64,000 nt of DNA. It comes from an uncultured Clostridia bacterium. Lineage in GTDB: Bacteria > Bacillota > Clostridia > Christensenellales > Borkfalkiaceae. This document shows positions 27,799 through 37,798 of this stretch, one piece after another. The number at the start of each line of letters is the position of its first letter. Position 1 is the first letter of the stretch. Location: contig CAJOMP010000004.1 in NCBI GenBank assembly GCA_905235785.1, positions 18,761 through 82,760 of the forward strand, in the 5' to 3' direction. The position numbers and the translations under genes were made by a program. Under the pieces are notes generated by a model that saw only the letters and a program-made list of their open reading frames with translations, ran no database searches and was not told where the DNA came from.

Positions 27799-29319
27799 TT
27801 AAGTTTTCTGCGGTTTTTTAAATAAAAAGTTTTTCGCTTTGCCTTTGACGATTTCAAAACCGATAAGGTTAAATCCGAACGCGAGCATGCCGTAAAACGT
27901 ACACATAATACAAGAACACACGAAAAATGTAAAAAATATGCCGAGATAATCCGTCAGCAGTTTTTCCGCCATAGCGCCGAGCAAGACCGTAGGAAGAGTT
28001 ATTGCGGCGGCGGACAGCAGGTATTTTACGACCTTGGGTTTTACGGGGCATTTTTTACGGAGAAGGAAAAGGTTTAAAACCGTAGTTATAACGTACACGA
28101 ACGAAAACCCGATAAGCAAAGCGTAAATCCCGACGTAAGCGGGCAAAAACCAGATAGACGCAAGCATCAAAACACCGCCCGCTACGCAAAAAAGCAGCGT
28201 TTGCACTTCGCAACCCATTGAGTTTAATATGCTTGTCGTGATATTAGAAAGCCCCATAAACAGCATTAAAAACGCCGAAGCGGTAAGATATTCGCCGCAA
28301 TCCGCGCTGTCGAAGATGATAATGCCTATTTGTTTTCCGCACACGAAAAACACGGGGATAAAAAAGCAAGTTAAAACGGAAGTGAATTTGATAGCCTTTT
28401 CCACGTCGTTTTTAAGGTAATGCGCCTTATTGCGATAGTAGTTTTCGGAGATTTCGGGTATTAAAACGAGCGTGAAAGAACCTATTAGTGTAGTCGGAAT
28501 AAAAAGGAGCGGTATTGCCTGACCCGCCGCCGAACCGAAAAGGCTCATAGTTTGCGCTTCGGTAAAGCCCGCGGCGATAAGTCTGTGCGGCAGAACGACC
28601 GATACCAGCGATATGGCAAGCGAGTTTACCGTTCGCATTGCGGTAATGGGCGCTGACGCGCAAATTATGGGTTTAAATTCCGATTTGGGATTTGCAAGGC
28701 GGTTTTTCCTAAGGAAGAATACAACGGTTGCGAGAGTAAAAGACAGCGCGTAAGAAGTTATCACCGCAATCCCCGCGCCGAGCGCGCCGTTTGTTTTATC
28801 GTGCATAAAGGTTATGACTATTATGCCGACGACTATCATACAAATTTCTTCTAAAAGTTCGATAATGCTGTACGGAAGAAAATCTTTATTGCCCCAAAAA
28901 ACGCCCCTTAACACGGAGTAAACGGAAGTAAAAATAAGCCCCGGCAAAAGCACGAAAAACACTTTAAGACTTCTTTTATCCGCAAATAAAAAGGACAGAT
29001 TGTCGCCGAGAATATAGCATATAAGACAGACGGGCACGGCGATTAGCAGAGTGTAAGTAATGGCGGCGGTTATGGCTTTCGCCACTTTTTCTTCGCGGTT
29101 TTCGGCGCGGTATTTTGTCATAAGCCGCGAAAGAGTGATAGGCGTACCGGACGCGATAAGGGTGAACAAAAATCCGAATACCGAAAGGGCGACCTGATAA
29201 GTGCCTACGCCTTCCGCGCCGATGGAACGGGAAAGATAAATACGGTATAAAAACCCCAAAAACTTTTCGCAAACCGAAAACAACGTAACTACGGCGACAG
29301 CCTTAAAAAATTTTCTCAA
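27799..29319 (-). CDS. MOP-superfamily flippase, SpoVB/polysaccharide-biosynthesis type
   Basis: 506 aa with about 14 TM helices. The N-terminus ...CEKFLGFLYRIYLSRSIGAEGVGTYQVALSVFG is typical of SpoVB/MurJ-like proteins. Confidence 0.75.
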   Translation of the reverse strand: MRKFFKAVAVVTLFSVCEKFLGFLYRIYLSRSIGAEGVGTYQVALSVFGFLFTLIASGTPITLSRLMTKYRAENREEKVAKAITAAITYTLLIAVPVCLICYILGDNLSFLFADKRSLKVFFVLLPGLIFTSVYSVLRGVFWGNKDFLPYSIIELLEEICMIVVGIIVITFMHDKTNGALGAGIAVITSYALSFTLATVVFFLRKNRLANPKSEFKPIICASAPITAMRTVNSLAISLVSVVLPHRLIAAGFTEAQTMSLFGSAAGQAIPLLFIPTTLIGSFTLVLIPEISENYYRNKAHYLKNDVEKAIKFTSVLTCFFIPVFFVCGKQIGIIIFDSADCGEYLTASAFLMLFMGLSNITTSILNSMGCEVQTLLFCVAGGVLMLASIWFLPAYVGIYALLIGFSFVYVITTVLNLFLLRKKCPVKPKVVKYLLSAAAITLPTVLLGAMAEKLLTDYLGIFFTFFVCSCIMCTFYGMLAFGFNLIGFEIVKGKAKNFLFKKPQKT

Positions 29320-29386
29320 ACTTTATTCCGCCTTTTGCATTATATAAAATATTCTATTCGCCGATTTTTTCAAATATAATATCGGT

Positions 29387-29674
29387 ATGAAAAAGTTTTT
29401 TTACCGTGTAAACCAAGGCGAAAGCGTGGCGGCGCTGGCATCGAGATTCAACGTTCCCGTGTCGACAATAGTAAAGAGTAATAATCTTTCGGCGGAGATA
29501 GAAGAAGGGGACGTCCTTTTTATCGAAAGATTAAGCGGAGCGCTGTACTCTGCAAAACCTTTCGACACGATGGAAGACGTCGCCGAAAGATTTCACGTTA
29601 CGGTAGAAGAGTTAAAAGCCGCAAACGGCGTGGATTATCTCTTTTACGGGCTTAACGTCATTATTCCCGATTAG
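29387..29674 (+). CDS. Small protein with two LysM domains
   Basis: YRVNQGESVAALASRFNVPVSTIVKSNNL and YSAKPFDTMEDVAERFHVTVEELKAANGV are LysM-like repeats. Confidence 0.75.
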   Translation: MKKFFYRVNQGESVAALASRFNVPVSTIVKSNNLSAEIEEGDVLFIERLSGALYSAKPFDTMEDVAERFHVTVEELKAANGVDYLFYGLNVIIPD

Positions 29675-29740
29675 TTTTTCCGCCTTTTATAAAGCGAACG
29701 GCGCGGGTGTAAAAGGATTAGTCAAATGTCTCTTCCGTCC

Positions 29741-29770
29741 TTGACAAAAGGCGCGCTTTTATCGTAAAAT
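29741..29770 (+). promoter_or_regulatory. Sigma-A type promoter of ruvCAB
   Basis: TTGACA-18 nt-TAAAAT. Confidence 0.5.
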
Positions 29771-29776
29771 ATTATC

Positions 29777-30271
29777 GTGACTATTATGGGCTTTGATCCG
29801 GGGCTCGCAACGCTCGGCTACGGAGTTATCGAAAAGGGTAAAGCGTTTAAACCGCAGATGATAGATTACGGTATAGTTTCCACGCCGAAGACTGAAAATC
29901 TCGCCGTCAGACTTTGTATGCTCGAAGAAGGCGTTAAACAGTTGATTGCCAAATTCAAGCCCGAAGAAATTGCCGTCGAAGAACTGTTTTTCGCTAAAAA
30001 CGTTACGACGGGTATCAACGTCGCGCACGCAAGGGGCGTGTTGCTTTTAACTGCCGTTAAAGAGTGCGGCAGGCTTTTCGAGTATACGCCGCTGCAAATC
30101 AAACAGGCGCTTACGGGTTACGGCAGAGCGGACAAGCATCAGATTCAAACGATGGTGAAAACTTACCTTAACTTAAAATCGATTCCGCGCCCCGACGACG
30201 CCGCCGACGCGCTTGCCGTCGCGCTGTGCCACGCGCAGACAAACAGACTCGGCAAACTGTTCAGTATTTAA
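29777..30271 (+). CDS. ruvC: Holliday junction resolvase RuvC
   Basis: IMGFDPGLATLGYGVIE..., EELFF, DAADALAVALCH. The start is uncertain: GTG at 29777 or ATG at 29786. Both are very close to the predicted transcription start. Confidence 0.9.
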   Translation: MTIMGFDPGLATLGYGVIEKGKAFKPQMIDYGIVSTPKTENLAVRLCMLEEGVKQLIAKFKPEEIAVEELFFAKNVTTGINVAHARGVLLLTAVKECGRLFEYTPLQIKQALTGYGRADKHQIQTMVKTYLNLKSIPRPDDAADALAVALCHAQTNRLGKLFSI

Positions 30272-30283
30272 CGGAGTAACAAT

Positions 30284-30874
30284 ATGATAGGATATTTAAA
30301 AGGCAATCTTATTTCGGCGGAAGAAGGCGTCGCCATAGTCGACGTAAACGGCGTGGGCTACGAAATAACCTGTTCGGGCGCGGTTTACGGCGAACTTATT
30401 AAAAACCGCGGCGGCGAAGTCTATATCTATACCGCCGTAAAAGAAGACGGGATTTCGCTTTACGGTTTCGTTTCGCAGGAAGAAAAAAAGATTTTCTTAA
30501 AACTCATATCTGTGTCGGGCGTAGGACCTAAAATGGGAATCACCGTGCTCTCTTCTATGAGCGTTAAAGACCTTACGGCAAAAATCGCCGCGGGCGACGT
30601 TAAGGGGCTTTCGGGAGTAAAAGGGCTCGGCAAAAAAACCGCGGAACGCATAGTGCTCGAACTTCGCGATAAACTCGGCGCGGTTTCGGATAAAGACAGT
30701 ATACCGTTTGGTATAGAAAGCGGATACGACGAAGAATCCGACGACGCGATAACCGCGCTTATGGGGCTCGGCTTTTCGCGCGCGGAAAGCGTCGCGGCGG
30801 TCAAAAAAGCCAAAGCCGACGGGGCAAGCACTATTCAGCAAACAATATCTTTTGCGCTTAAAAGCATGCGTTAA
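30284..30874 (+). CDS. ruvA: Holliday junction branch migration protein RuvA
   Basis: MIGYLKG...VDVNGVGYEI, a helix-hairpin-helix pair (ISVSGVGPKMG, LSGVKGLGKKTAERI) and C-terminal domain III. Confidence 0.95.
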   Translation: MIGYLKGNLISAEEGVAIVDVNGVGYEITCSGAVYGELIKNRGGEVYIYTAVKEDGISLYGFVSQEEKKIFLKLISVSGVGPKMGITVLSSMSVKDLTAKIAAGDVKGLSGVKGLGKKTAERIVLELRDKLGAVSDKDSIPFGIESGYDEESDDAITALMGLGFSRAESVAAVKKAKADGASTIQQTISFALKSMR

Positions 30875-30883
30875 AGGGGAATT

Positions 30884-31912
30884 ATGGATAACGAATCACT
30901 TATTACGAGCACGATAGACAAAGCGGAATCGGATTTTGAAAACGTTCTCCGTCCCAAGTCTATGGAAGGCTACATAGGTCAGGACAAAATAAAGGACAAC
31001 CTTGCTGTGGGCATTGCCGCCGCCAAAATGCGGGGCGACGCGCTTGACCACGTTTTATTGTACGGTCCTGCGGGGCTGGGGAAAACTACGCTTGCGCATA
31101 TAATAGCGAACGAACTCGGCACAGGTCTTAAAATCACCAGCGGTCCCGCGATAGAACGGGCGGGCGACCTTGCGGCGATACTTACTAACCTTAACGAACA
31201 CGACGTTTTGTTTATCGACGAAATTCATAGGCTTAACCATAACGTAGAAGAAATTTTATACCCCGCTATGGAAGATTTTACGCTCGATTTTATCGTAGGC
31301 AAAGGTCCTTCGGCAAGCAGCGTGCAACTTCCGCTCCCGAAATTTACGCTTATCGGCGCGACGACGAAGGCGGGTATGTTGTCTTCGCCGCTACGCGACA
31401 GATTCGGCGTTATTTGCAGGTTGGAAACCTATTCGCCGAAGGAACTTACCGTGATAATCAAAAACGCGGCGAAAATGCTCGGCGCGAATATTGACGAAAA
31501 GGCGGCGGAAGAGATAGCAAAGCGCAGTCGCGGCACGCCGAGAATAGCGAACAGATTACTTCGCCGCGTGCGCGATTACTCGGTGGTAAAGCGCCACGAG
31601 AAAATAGAACTTTCGGACGCGCGTTCCGCTCTTACTATGCTCGATATCGACGAATACGGGCTCGACGGTACGGACGTTAAATTTCTTTCCGCGCTTGCCG
31701 AAAAATTCGGCGGAGGACCGGCGGGACTCGACACTATCGCCGCAATGATAAACGAAGACGCGGGTACGATAGAAGACGTGTACGAACCCTATTTGTTGCA
31801 ACTCGGCTTTATCGCGCGCACGCCGCGCGGCAGAATACTCTTAAAAGACGGATACAAGCATATAGGACTTATTCCGCCGGAAAATATTGTCGAAAAGGAT
31901 TACGATGCTTAA
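30884..31912 (+). CDS. ruvB: Holliday junction branch migration DNA helicase RuvB
   Basis: [12 protein letters not shown], Walker [10 protein letters not shown], Walker B FIDEIHR, sensor [11 protein letters not shown]. Confidence 0.97.
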   Translation: MDNESLITSTIDKAESDFENVLRPKSMEGYIGQDKIKDNLAVGIAAAKMRGDALDHVLLYGPAGLGKTTLAHIIANELGTGLKITSGPAIERAGDLAAILTNLNEHDVLFIDEIHRLNHNVEEILYPAMEDFTLDFIVGKGPSASSVQLPLPKFTLIGATTKAGMLSSPLRDRFGVICRLETYSPKELTVIIKNAAKMLGANIDEKAAEEIAKRSRGTPRIANRLLRRVRDYSVVKRHEKIELSDARSALTMLDIDEYGLDGTDVKFLSALAEKFGGGPAGLDTIAAMINEDAGTIEDVYEPYLLQLGFIARTPRGRILLKDGYKHIGLIPPENIVEKDYDA

Positions 31913-32930
31913 AACCGAAGATTTCGATTATTTTTTACCCGAAGAACTTATCGCGCAAACGCCGATAGAGCCGCGCGACGCGTCGAGACTTTTAGTATAT
32001 GATAAAAATGCGGATAAAGTTTATCACGAGCATTTTTACGATATAAAAAAGTACCTGAAAAAGGGGGACGTGTTAGTCAGAAATAACACCAAAGTTTTGC
32101 CTGCGCGCCTTTTCGCGTATACAAGTCACGGCGGAAAAGTGGAAGTGCTGTTATTAAAGCGTTTCGATTTGACCGAGTGGGAAGTGCTCGTAAAGCCCGG
32201 CAAAAAAGCGCGGGTCGGCGCGGAACTTGTCATTAACGACGAACTTTCGCTGACCGTTATCGGCAATATTGCGGAAACGGGTTCTCGCAGGGTAAAATTT
32301 AAATTTAACGGCGTGTTTGAAGATATAATTTCCCGCGTCGGGGAAATGCCGCTCCCGCCGTATATCAAGGAAAAACTGAAAGATAAAGACCGTTATCAGA
32401 CGGTTTACGCCGAAGTGGACGGGTCTGCCGCCGCGCCCACCGCCGGACTGCACTTTACCGATAAATTGCTCGCCGAAATCAAGGATATGGGCGTGGAAAT
32501 CGTCGACGTGCTTTTGCACGTCGGGCTCGGGACTTTCCGTCCCGTTAAAACGGACGATTTGACTAATCACCATATGCACTCGGAATATTACGAGATAAGC
32601 GAGAAAGCGGCAAACGCGATTAACGCCGCAAAAAAGGAAGGCAGGCGCATTATCGCCGTCGGCACGACGAGCGTCAGAACGTTAGAGAGCGCGGCGGACG
32701 AAAACGGCTTTGTTAAACCGGTAAAGGCAAATACCGAAATATTTATTTATCCGCCGTATAAGTTTAAGTGCGTCGACGCGCTTATAACGAATTTTCACTT
32801 GCCGAAAAGCACTCTTATAATGCTCGTTTCGGCGCTTTGTTCGCGCGAAAAGATTTTGGATTTATATAAAACGGCTGTCAACGAGAAATACAGGTTTTTC
32901 TCTTTCGGCGACGCGTGTTTTATATTATAA
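31905..32930 (+). CDS. queA: S-adenosylmethionine:tRNA ribosyltransferase-isomerase
   Basis: [20 protein letters not shown]..., [36 protein letters not shown]. Overlaps the ruvB end by 8 nt. Confidence 0.95.
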   Translation: MLKTEDFDYFLPEELIAQTPIEPRDASRLLVYDKNADKVYHEHFYDIKKYLKKGDVLVRNNTKVLPARLFAYTSHGGKVEVLLLKRFDLTEWEVLVKPGKKARVGAELVINDELSLTVIGNIAETGSRRVKFKFNGVFEDIISRVGEMPLPPYIKEKLKDKDRYQTVYAEVDGSAAAPTAGLHFTDKLLAEIKDMGVEIVDVLLHVGLGTFRPVKTDDLTNHHMHSEYYEISEKAANAINAAKKEGRRIIAVGTTSVRTLESAADENGFVKPVKANTEIFIYPPYKFKCVDALITNFHLPKSTLIMLVSALCSREKILDLYKTAVNEKYRFFSFGDACFIL

Positions 32931-32962
32931 AAATATTTAATAATTACAAGTGGAGAAAAATT

Positions 32963-33292
32963 ATGATACCAAGAGAACAAGATAGAGAATTGTTAGATGG
33001 ACAAAAGTTAGAAACAAATAATGAGACAGGGGAAATGCGCAATGCTGGAATTAAAGTTGTTAATTATATTAAGGTTGTAGGTGCTTTATCTATTGTTGCA
33101 GCAATTGTGTTTATTATTATGTATTTTCGTAATAGAGAATTAGACAATACCGTCTCTATTCTGATGTTGGCGTGTTTTATTAGTTGTGTAGTTAACGCTT
33201 GTATCTTTTACGGCTTTGCTAAAATTATTGAGTTGCTTTATGATATTAGTTTATCTGTGAAAAAAGACAGTAAAAGTCCTGATAACAAATAA
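32963..33292 (+). CDS. Hypothetical small membrane protein (two predicted TM helices) in an AT-rich insert
   Basis: ATG at 32963 with RBS ggag. Hydrophobic segments VVGALSIVAAIVFIIMYF and ILMLACFISCVVNACIFYGFA. I recognise no family. Composition is visibly AT-richer than queA and tgt. Confidence 0.5.
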   Translation: MIPREQDRELLDGQKLETNNETGEMRNAGIKVVNYIKVVGALSIVAAIVFIIMYFRNRELDNTVSILMLACFISCVVNACIFYGFAKIIELLYDISLSVKKDSKSPDNK

Positions 33293-33310
33293 GACGATAA
33301 TTAAAAGATT

Positions 33311-34438
33311 ATGGAAAAATTTTCTTACGAAGTAATCAAACAGGACAGTAAAACGGGCGCGCGCGCGGGAATTTTACATACCCCGCACGGCGATATTTTA
33401 ACGCCTACATATATGCCCGTCGGCACGCAGGCGACCGTTAAAGGTGTTAAGCCCGACGATTTAAAAGCCGCTAAAACCCAGATTATTCTGTCTAATACTT
33501 ATCACCTTTATATGCGCCCCGGCGACGAACTCGTAAAACAAGCGGGCGGACTTCACGAGTTTATGGCTTGGGACAGACCGATACTCACCGACAGCGGCGG
33601 GTTTCAGGTGTTTTCGCTCGCAAAACTCAATAAAATAACCGACGAAGGCGTGCATTTTTCTTCGCATATAGACGGAAGTAAACATTTTATCACGCCAGAA
33701 AAGGCTATCGACATAGAAAACAATCTCGGCGCGGATATCATTATGGCGTTCGACGAGTGTTCGACTTTCGGCGCGACAAAAGAATATTCAAAAAAAGCGA
33801 TGGAACGAACGCTTAAATGGCTCGATAGGTGCTATAATCACCATAAAAACGACGACCAAATGCTTTTCCCGATAGTACAGGGCAACGTGTTTCGCGATTT
33901 GCGGCTTACGAGTTTAAAAGAAACTTTGCCTTACGCGAAATGCGGGTTCGGTATCGGCGGGCTTTCCGTCGGCGAACCCAAAGAAGTTATGTACGACGTT
34001 TTGGACTGTATGCTCCCGTTCTATCCCGAAAATATGCCGCGCTATCTTATGGGCGTAGGCAGCCCCGACTGTCTTGTGGAAGGAGTGTTGCGCGGAGTGG
34101 ATATGTTCGACTGTGTGCTTGCGACGCGTGTCGGCAGAAACGGCACCGCGCTTACGTCATACGGCAAAGCGGTGATACGCAACGGCGCGTATAAAGAAGA
34201 TTTTTCCGCTCTCGACCCCGAATGCGACTGCTATGCTTGTACGCACTACACCAAAGCGTATTTGCGCCACCTGATAAACGCGGGCGAAATGATGGGCGGT
34301 ATGATGCTTTCTTTACACAATATAACCTACCTTAATAAACTTATGCGCGATATAAGAGACGCTATTTTGCAGGACGCGTTTACCGATTTCCGCGAAGAAT
34401 TTTATGCGAAAACGGGAAATCTGTATAAAAGGGTTTAA
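33311..34438 (+). CDS. tgt: Queuine tRNA-ribosyltransferase
   Basis: TPHGDILTPTYMPVGT, LTDSGGFQV, zinc motif CDCYAC...H. Confidence 0.97.
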   Translation: MEKFSYEVIKQDSKTGARAGILHTPHGDILTPTYMPVGTQATVKGVKPDDLKAAKTQIILSNTYHLYMRPGDELVKQAGGLHEFMAWDRPILTDSGGFQVFSLAKLNKITDEGVHFSSHIDGSKHFITPEKAIDIENNLGADIIMAFDECSTFGATKEYSKKAMERTLKWLDRCYNHHKNDDQMLFPIVQGNVFRDLRLTSLKETLPYAKCGFGIGGLSVGEPKEVMYDVLDCMLPFYPENMPRYLMGVGSPDCLVEGVLRGVDMFDCVLATRVGRNGTALTSYGKAVIRNGAYKEDFSALDPECDCYACTHYTKAYLRHLINAGEMMGGMMLSLHNITYLNKLMRDIRDAILQDAFTDFREEFYAKTGNLYKRV

Positions 34439-34486
34439 AGTAAAACGGCAAAATATGTCGACTTTGTTAATTGTGTAAAAAAATAC

Positions 34487-34515
34487 TTGCTAAATTCACA
34501 AAAATCGTTTACAAT
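34487..34515 (+). promoter_or_regulatory. Sigma-A type promoter of yajC
   Basis: TTGCTA-17 nt-TACAAT. Confidence 0.5.
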
Positions 34516-34545
34516 ATTGCTATACGATTTTATAGGAGTTGAAAA

Positions 34546-34998
34546 ATGTTTTATAATTTCTTGGAAGCAAATACGGCTAGTCCCACAAACAGCACTTTGA
34601 TTACGATAGTTTTCATAGTTATCATCGTTGCAATGATCGGTCTTTTGATTTGGCAGACCATATCGGGCAAGAAAAAACAGAAAGAAGCGCAAAATATGCT
34701 TAATCAACTTAAAAAGGGCGACAGGGTTAAGACCATAGGCGGCGTATGCGGCTTTGTCGTAGAAATCAACGACGCTGAAAACACTTTCGTACTGGAAACG
34801 GGCACAGACGACAATAAGTCTTACGTTAAATTCGATAAGGGCGCGATTTATCAGACCGCTCCCGCGCAAGGCAGCGCCGTAGAAGCAAAAGAAGAACCGA
34901 CAGAGGAATCTGCGTTCGAATCCGTTTTTGAAACCGAAACCGCCGCGGAAGAAAAGGTTACGAAAAAAGCCGGAAGGAAAAAGGCAAAAGCCGAATAA
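34546..34998 (+). CDS. yajC: Preprotein translocase subunit YajC with an acidic/Lys-rich C-terminal extension
   Basis: One TM helix followed by QNMLNQLKKGDRVKTIGGVCGFVVEI. Synteny tgt-yajC. Confidence 0.85.
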   Translation: MFYNFLEANTASPTNSTLITIVFIVIIVAMIGLLIWQTISGKKKQKEAQNMLNQLKKGDRVKTIGGVCGFVVEINDAENTFVLETGTDDNKSYVKFDKGAIYQTAPAQGSAVEAKEEPTEESAFESVFETETAAEEKVTKKAGRKKAKAE

Positions 34999-35034
34999 TA
35001 TAAAATTTTGATTTGAAACAGTCATAAATTACGA

Positions 35035-35076
35035 ACCCCCGACGTATTTATATAAATACAGGTCGGGGGTATTTTT
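35035..35076 (+). terminator. Intrinsic terminator after yajC whose 3' arm carries the SD of the next gene
   Basis: acccccgac...gtcgggggt stem (the inner gtatttat/ataaatac also pairs), then TTTTT, then ATG at 35077. Confidence 0.7.
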
Positions 35077-35451
35077 ATGCAAACAAAAACCTTTATGATG
35101 TCGGTAATCAAGGCGACGGCGCTCGCGCTCATAGCAAGTCTTGCGGGAGTGCTTTTATTCGCTCTTATCGTTAAATTTGCGGCGCTTTCTCAAACGGCGA
35201 TCAAAACGGTCAATCAATTTATAAAAGTAATCGCGGTGTTTATAGGCTGTTTCTTTTCGGTAAAGGGAAAACTCGGCATAGTTAAAGGCGGGGTGTCCGG
35301 CGCGCTTTGTACGGTTTTACTTTACGCGATTTTTTCGCTTATGTCCGGGTCGGGTTTTTTTAGTATAGAAATGTTCATCGATATATTATTTACGGCAGTT
35401 GTCGGCGCAATATCCGGCATTATCGCCGTGAACGTAAGGGGAAAAGAATAA
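35077..35451 (+). CDS. Small integral membrane protein (YrzE/TIGR04086-like)
   Basis: 124 aa with four hydrophobic helices. The position after yajC matches Bacillus yrzE. Confidence 0.6.
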   Translation: MQTKTFMMSVIKATALALIASLAGVLLFALIVKFAALSQTAIKTVNQFIKVIAVFIGCFFSVKGKLGIVKGGVSGALCTVLLYAIFSLMSGSGFFSIEMFIDILFTAVVGAISGIIAVNVRGKE

Positions 35452-35467
35452 AAAATTAAAATAATGC

Positions 35468-35506
35468 ACTCCGCCCCCGTTGACAGAGCGTCAACGGGGG
35501 CGGAGT
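35468..35506. terminator. Bidirectional intrinsic terminator
   Basis: actccgcccccgttgac / gtcaacgggggcggagt forms a 17-bp perfect stem with T-rich flanks on both strands. Confidence 0.9.
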
Positions 35507-35523
35507 TATTGATTTTTTTATAA

Positions 35524-36912
35524 CTAAAACGCGATTTTGTCTTCTATGTGCTTTTTGACGTCCGATATCGAAATACGTATCTGCTCCATCGTGTCGCGGT
35601 CTCTTACCGTTACGCAGTTATCCGTTTCGGACTCGAAGTCGTAGGTTATACATAAAGGCGTTCCTATTTCGTCCTGACGGCGGTAACGTTTGCCGATAGA
35701 ACCCGTTTCGTCGTAATCCACCGAGAAATATTTTGCAAGGTCTTCGTAAATCTCCGTCGCCTTTTCGCCGAGTTTTTTGGAAAGGGGGAGTATCGCCGCT
35801 TTATAGGGGGCAAGCGCGGGGTGCAAGTGCAAAACAACGCGCACGTCGTTATCGCCCACGGTTTCTTCGTCGTAGGCTTCGGCTAAAAAGGCGAGCGCGA
35901 CTCTGTCCGCGCCGAGCGACGGCTCTATTACGTAGGGTATATAGTGTTCGTTAGTGTCCTGGTCAAAGTAGGTAAGGTCTTTGCCGCTGAATTTCGCGTG
36001 CTGACCCAAATCGTAGTCCGTTCTGTCGGCAATACCCCAAAGTTCGCCCCAGCCGAACGGGAACAAGAATTCGAAGTCCGTCGTCGCCTTTGAATAGAAC
36101 GCGAGTTCTTCGGGGTCGTGGTCGCGAAGGCGTAAATGTTCGTCCTTAATGCCTAAATCCAAAAGGAATTTGTGGCAATAATCTTTCCAGTATTTAAACC
36201 ACTCCAAATCCGTGCCGGGCTTGCAGAAAAATTCAAGTTCCATCTGCTCGAATTCGCGCGTTCTGAACACGAAGTTGCCGGGCGTTATTTCGTTGCGGAA
36301 AGATTTGCCTATCTGCGCTATGCCGAACGGGAGTTTTCTTCTCGACGCGCGTTGAACGTTAGGAAAGTTTACGAAAATACCTTGCGCCGTTTCGGGGCGA
36401 AGATATACCGTTGAAGTCGTGTCTTCGGTAACGCCGATAAAGGTCTTGAACATAAGATTGAATTTCTTTATGTCGGTGAACTCGTGTCCGCCGCACTCGG
36501 GACAAGCGATATTATGTTCTTTGATAAAAGCCGACATCTGCTCGAAAGTCCAGCCCGCGGGGTTGTCGTTTGTACCGTTTTGGTAGGCGTAATCTTCTAT
36601 AAGTTTATCCGCGCGGTGGCGCGCTTTGCATTGTTTGCAGTCCATTAAGGGGTCTGAAAAGCCGCCTACGTGCCCCGACGCTACCCAGATGTTCGGATTT
36701 ACGATTATCGCGGAATCAAGTCCCACGTTGTACTTGCTCTCTTGTACAAAGCGTTTCCACCACGCCTTTTTGACGTTGTTTTTAAATTCTACGCCCAAGG
36801 GACCGTAATCCCAAGAGTTCGCTAAGCCCCCGTAAATCTCGCTGCCGGGGAAGATAAAGCCCCGCCCTTTACAAAGATTTACGATTTTATCCATAGTCGC
36901 TTTCTGTTCCAT
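35524..36912 (-). CDS. glyQS: Glycine--tRNA ligase (alpha2 GlyQS type)
   Basis: 462 aa. [34 protein letters not shown] and [10 protein letters not shown] are class II GlyRS motifs. Confidence 0.96.
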   Translation of the reverse strand: MEQKATMDKIVNLCKGRGFIFPGSEIYGGLANSWDYGPLGVEFKNNVKKAWWKRFVQESKYNVGLDSAIIVNPNIWVASGHVGGFSDPLMDCKQCKARHRADKLIEDYAYQNGTNDNPAGWTFEQMSAFIKEHNIACPECGGHEFTDIKKFNLMFKTFIGVTEDTTSTVYLRPETAQGIFVNFPNVQRASRRKLPFGIAQIGKSFRNEITPGNFVFRTREFEQMELEFFCKPGTDLEWFKYWKDYCHKFLLDLGIKDEHLRLRDHDPEELAFYSKATTDFEFLFPFGWGELWGIADRTDYDLGQHAKFSGKDLTYFDQDTNEHYIPYVIEPSLGADRVALAFLAEAYDEETVGDNDVRVVLHLHPALAPYKAAILPLSKKLGEKATEIYEDLAKYFSVDYDETGSIGKRYRRQDEIGTPLCITYDFESETDNCVTVRDRDTMEQIRISISDVKKHIEDKIAF

Positions 36913-36951
36913 AAAAAAACCTTCTTAAAAGATATAAATATTGCAACGAAT

Positions 36952-36980
36952 ATTTTACAATATAAAACTTTTTAAGTCAA
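36952..36980 (-). promoter_or_regulatory. Sigma-A type promoter of glyQS
   Basis: Minus strand reads TTGACT-17 nt-TAAAAT. This leaves a 5' UTR of only about 35-45 nt, too short for a T-box. Confidence 0.55.
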
Positions 36981-37011
36981 GCGAATATAAAAGAGCGAAT
37001 TAAAAGTCGGT

Positions 37012-37051
37012 TAAAAAAACATGCGGGCGGGGCAAAATTTGCCCCGCCCGC
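37012..37051 (-). terminator. Intrinsic terminator after the lipoprotein gene
   Basis: gcgggcggggca / tgccccgcccgc stem followed on the minus strand by a T-run. Confidence 0.85.
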
Positions 37052-37069
37052 AAAAGCAGTAAAAAATTT

Positions 37070-37591
37070 TTATTTATATTCGATATAATTTATGACGTCG
37101 TTTTCCTTGCCGTCAGGGTTGCCGCGAACAAGCCTGAAATTATAATATTCCAGCAGAACGTAATTTTCGTAATCGGTTGTGAGATCAGGCGTCAACTTTT
37201 CGTCGTTTAAATATACGTCTTTTTCCGCGGAGTAGACGGAATTTTCTGTATTTTTATAGACTTGGATAAACATCGAATACGTGCCGGAAATATCCACCGT
37301 CGTTGCCGTTTCGCCCGTTCCGTGGGTGGCGGTATAATCAGGTCCTAAAATCCGCGGAGCGAAAGATATTTCAAGTAATTTGTTGGTTGCAGTTTCGTCT
37401 TCATAAAGATAAATATGCGCGCCCGTGTTTCCATACATATTGGAAGTATAATACACGTATCCGTCGTCCGATTTTAAAGCCACCCACGCAGACGGTACTA
37501 CGCCCGCGTCGCACGCCGCAAAATTAAATATGAAAAATAATGATAAAACAGCAGATAAAAAATAAAAGCCGCCCTTTTTCGCTTTACCCAT
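37070..37591 (-). CDS. Hypothetical lipoprotein
   Basis: Signal peptide plus lipobox (FNFAAC). 173 aa, family not recognised. RBS aaggggg. Confidence 0.65.
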   Translation of the reverse strand: MGKAKKGGFYFLSAVLSLFFIFNFAACDAGVVPSAWVALKSDDGYVYYTSNMYGNTGAHIYLYEDETATNKLLEISFAPRILGPDYTATHGTGETATTVDISGTYSMFIQVYKNTENSVYSAEKDVYLNDEKLTPDLTTDYENYVLLEYYNFRLVRGNPDGKENDVINYIEYK

Positions 37592-37711
37592 AAATTTACC
37601 CCCTTAATCATATTCAATTACATTTTATCATAGAGTATGTGTTTTTGCAATAAAATTTATAGATTTACAAATAGAAACGGGAAATAATGAATTAACCGTG
37701 AAAACAAAATT

Positions 37712-37725
37712 CGAACATTTGTTCG
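37712..37725. promoter_or_regulatory. LexA (Cheo/SOS) box
   Basis: CGAACATTTGTTCG matches the Firmicutes consensus CGAAC-N4-GTTCG. It sits 8 nt upstream of the -35 of the GNAT promoter. Confidence 0.6.
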
Positions 37726-37733
37726 TAAACGTA

Positions 37734-37762
37734 TTGCTTTTTGTCGGGGAATAATGTATAAT
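37734..37762 (+). promoter_or_regulatory. Sigma-A type promoter of the GNAT gene
   Basis: TTGCTT-17 nt-TATAAT. Confidence 0.55.
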
Positions 37763-37798
37763 TACAACATAAAAAGTTAAAACAAGGGGGAATTTTTT

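Noticed and set aside
36913-37011. Expected T-box leader upstream of glyQS (also checked upstream of glnS at 38273-38337).
   Set aside because: Only about 35-45 nt lie between the predicted promoter and the start codon. There is no Stem I, specifier loop or T-box sequence.
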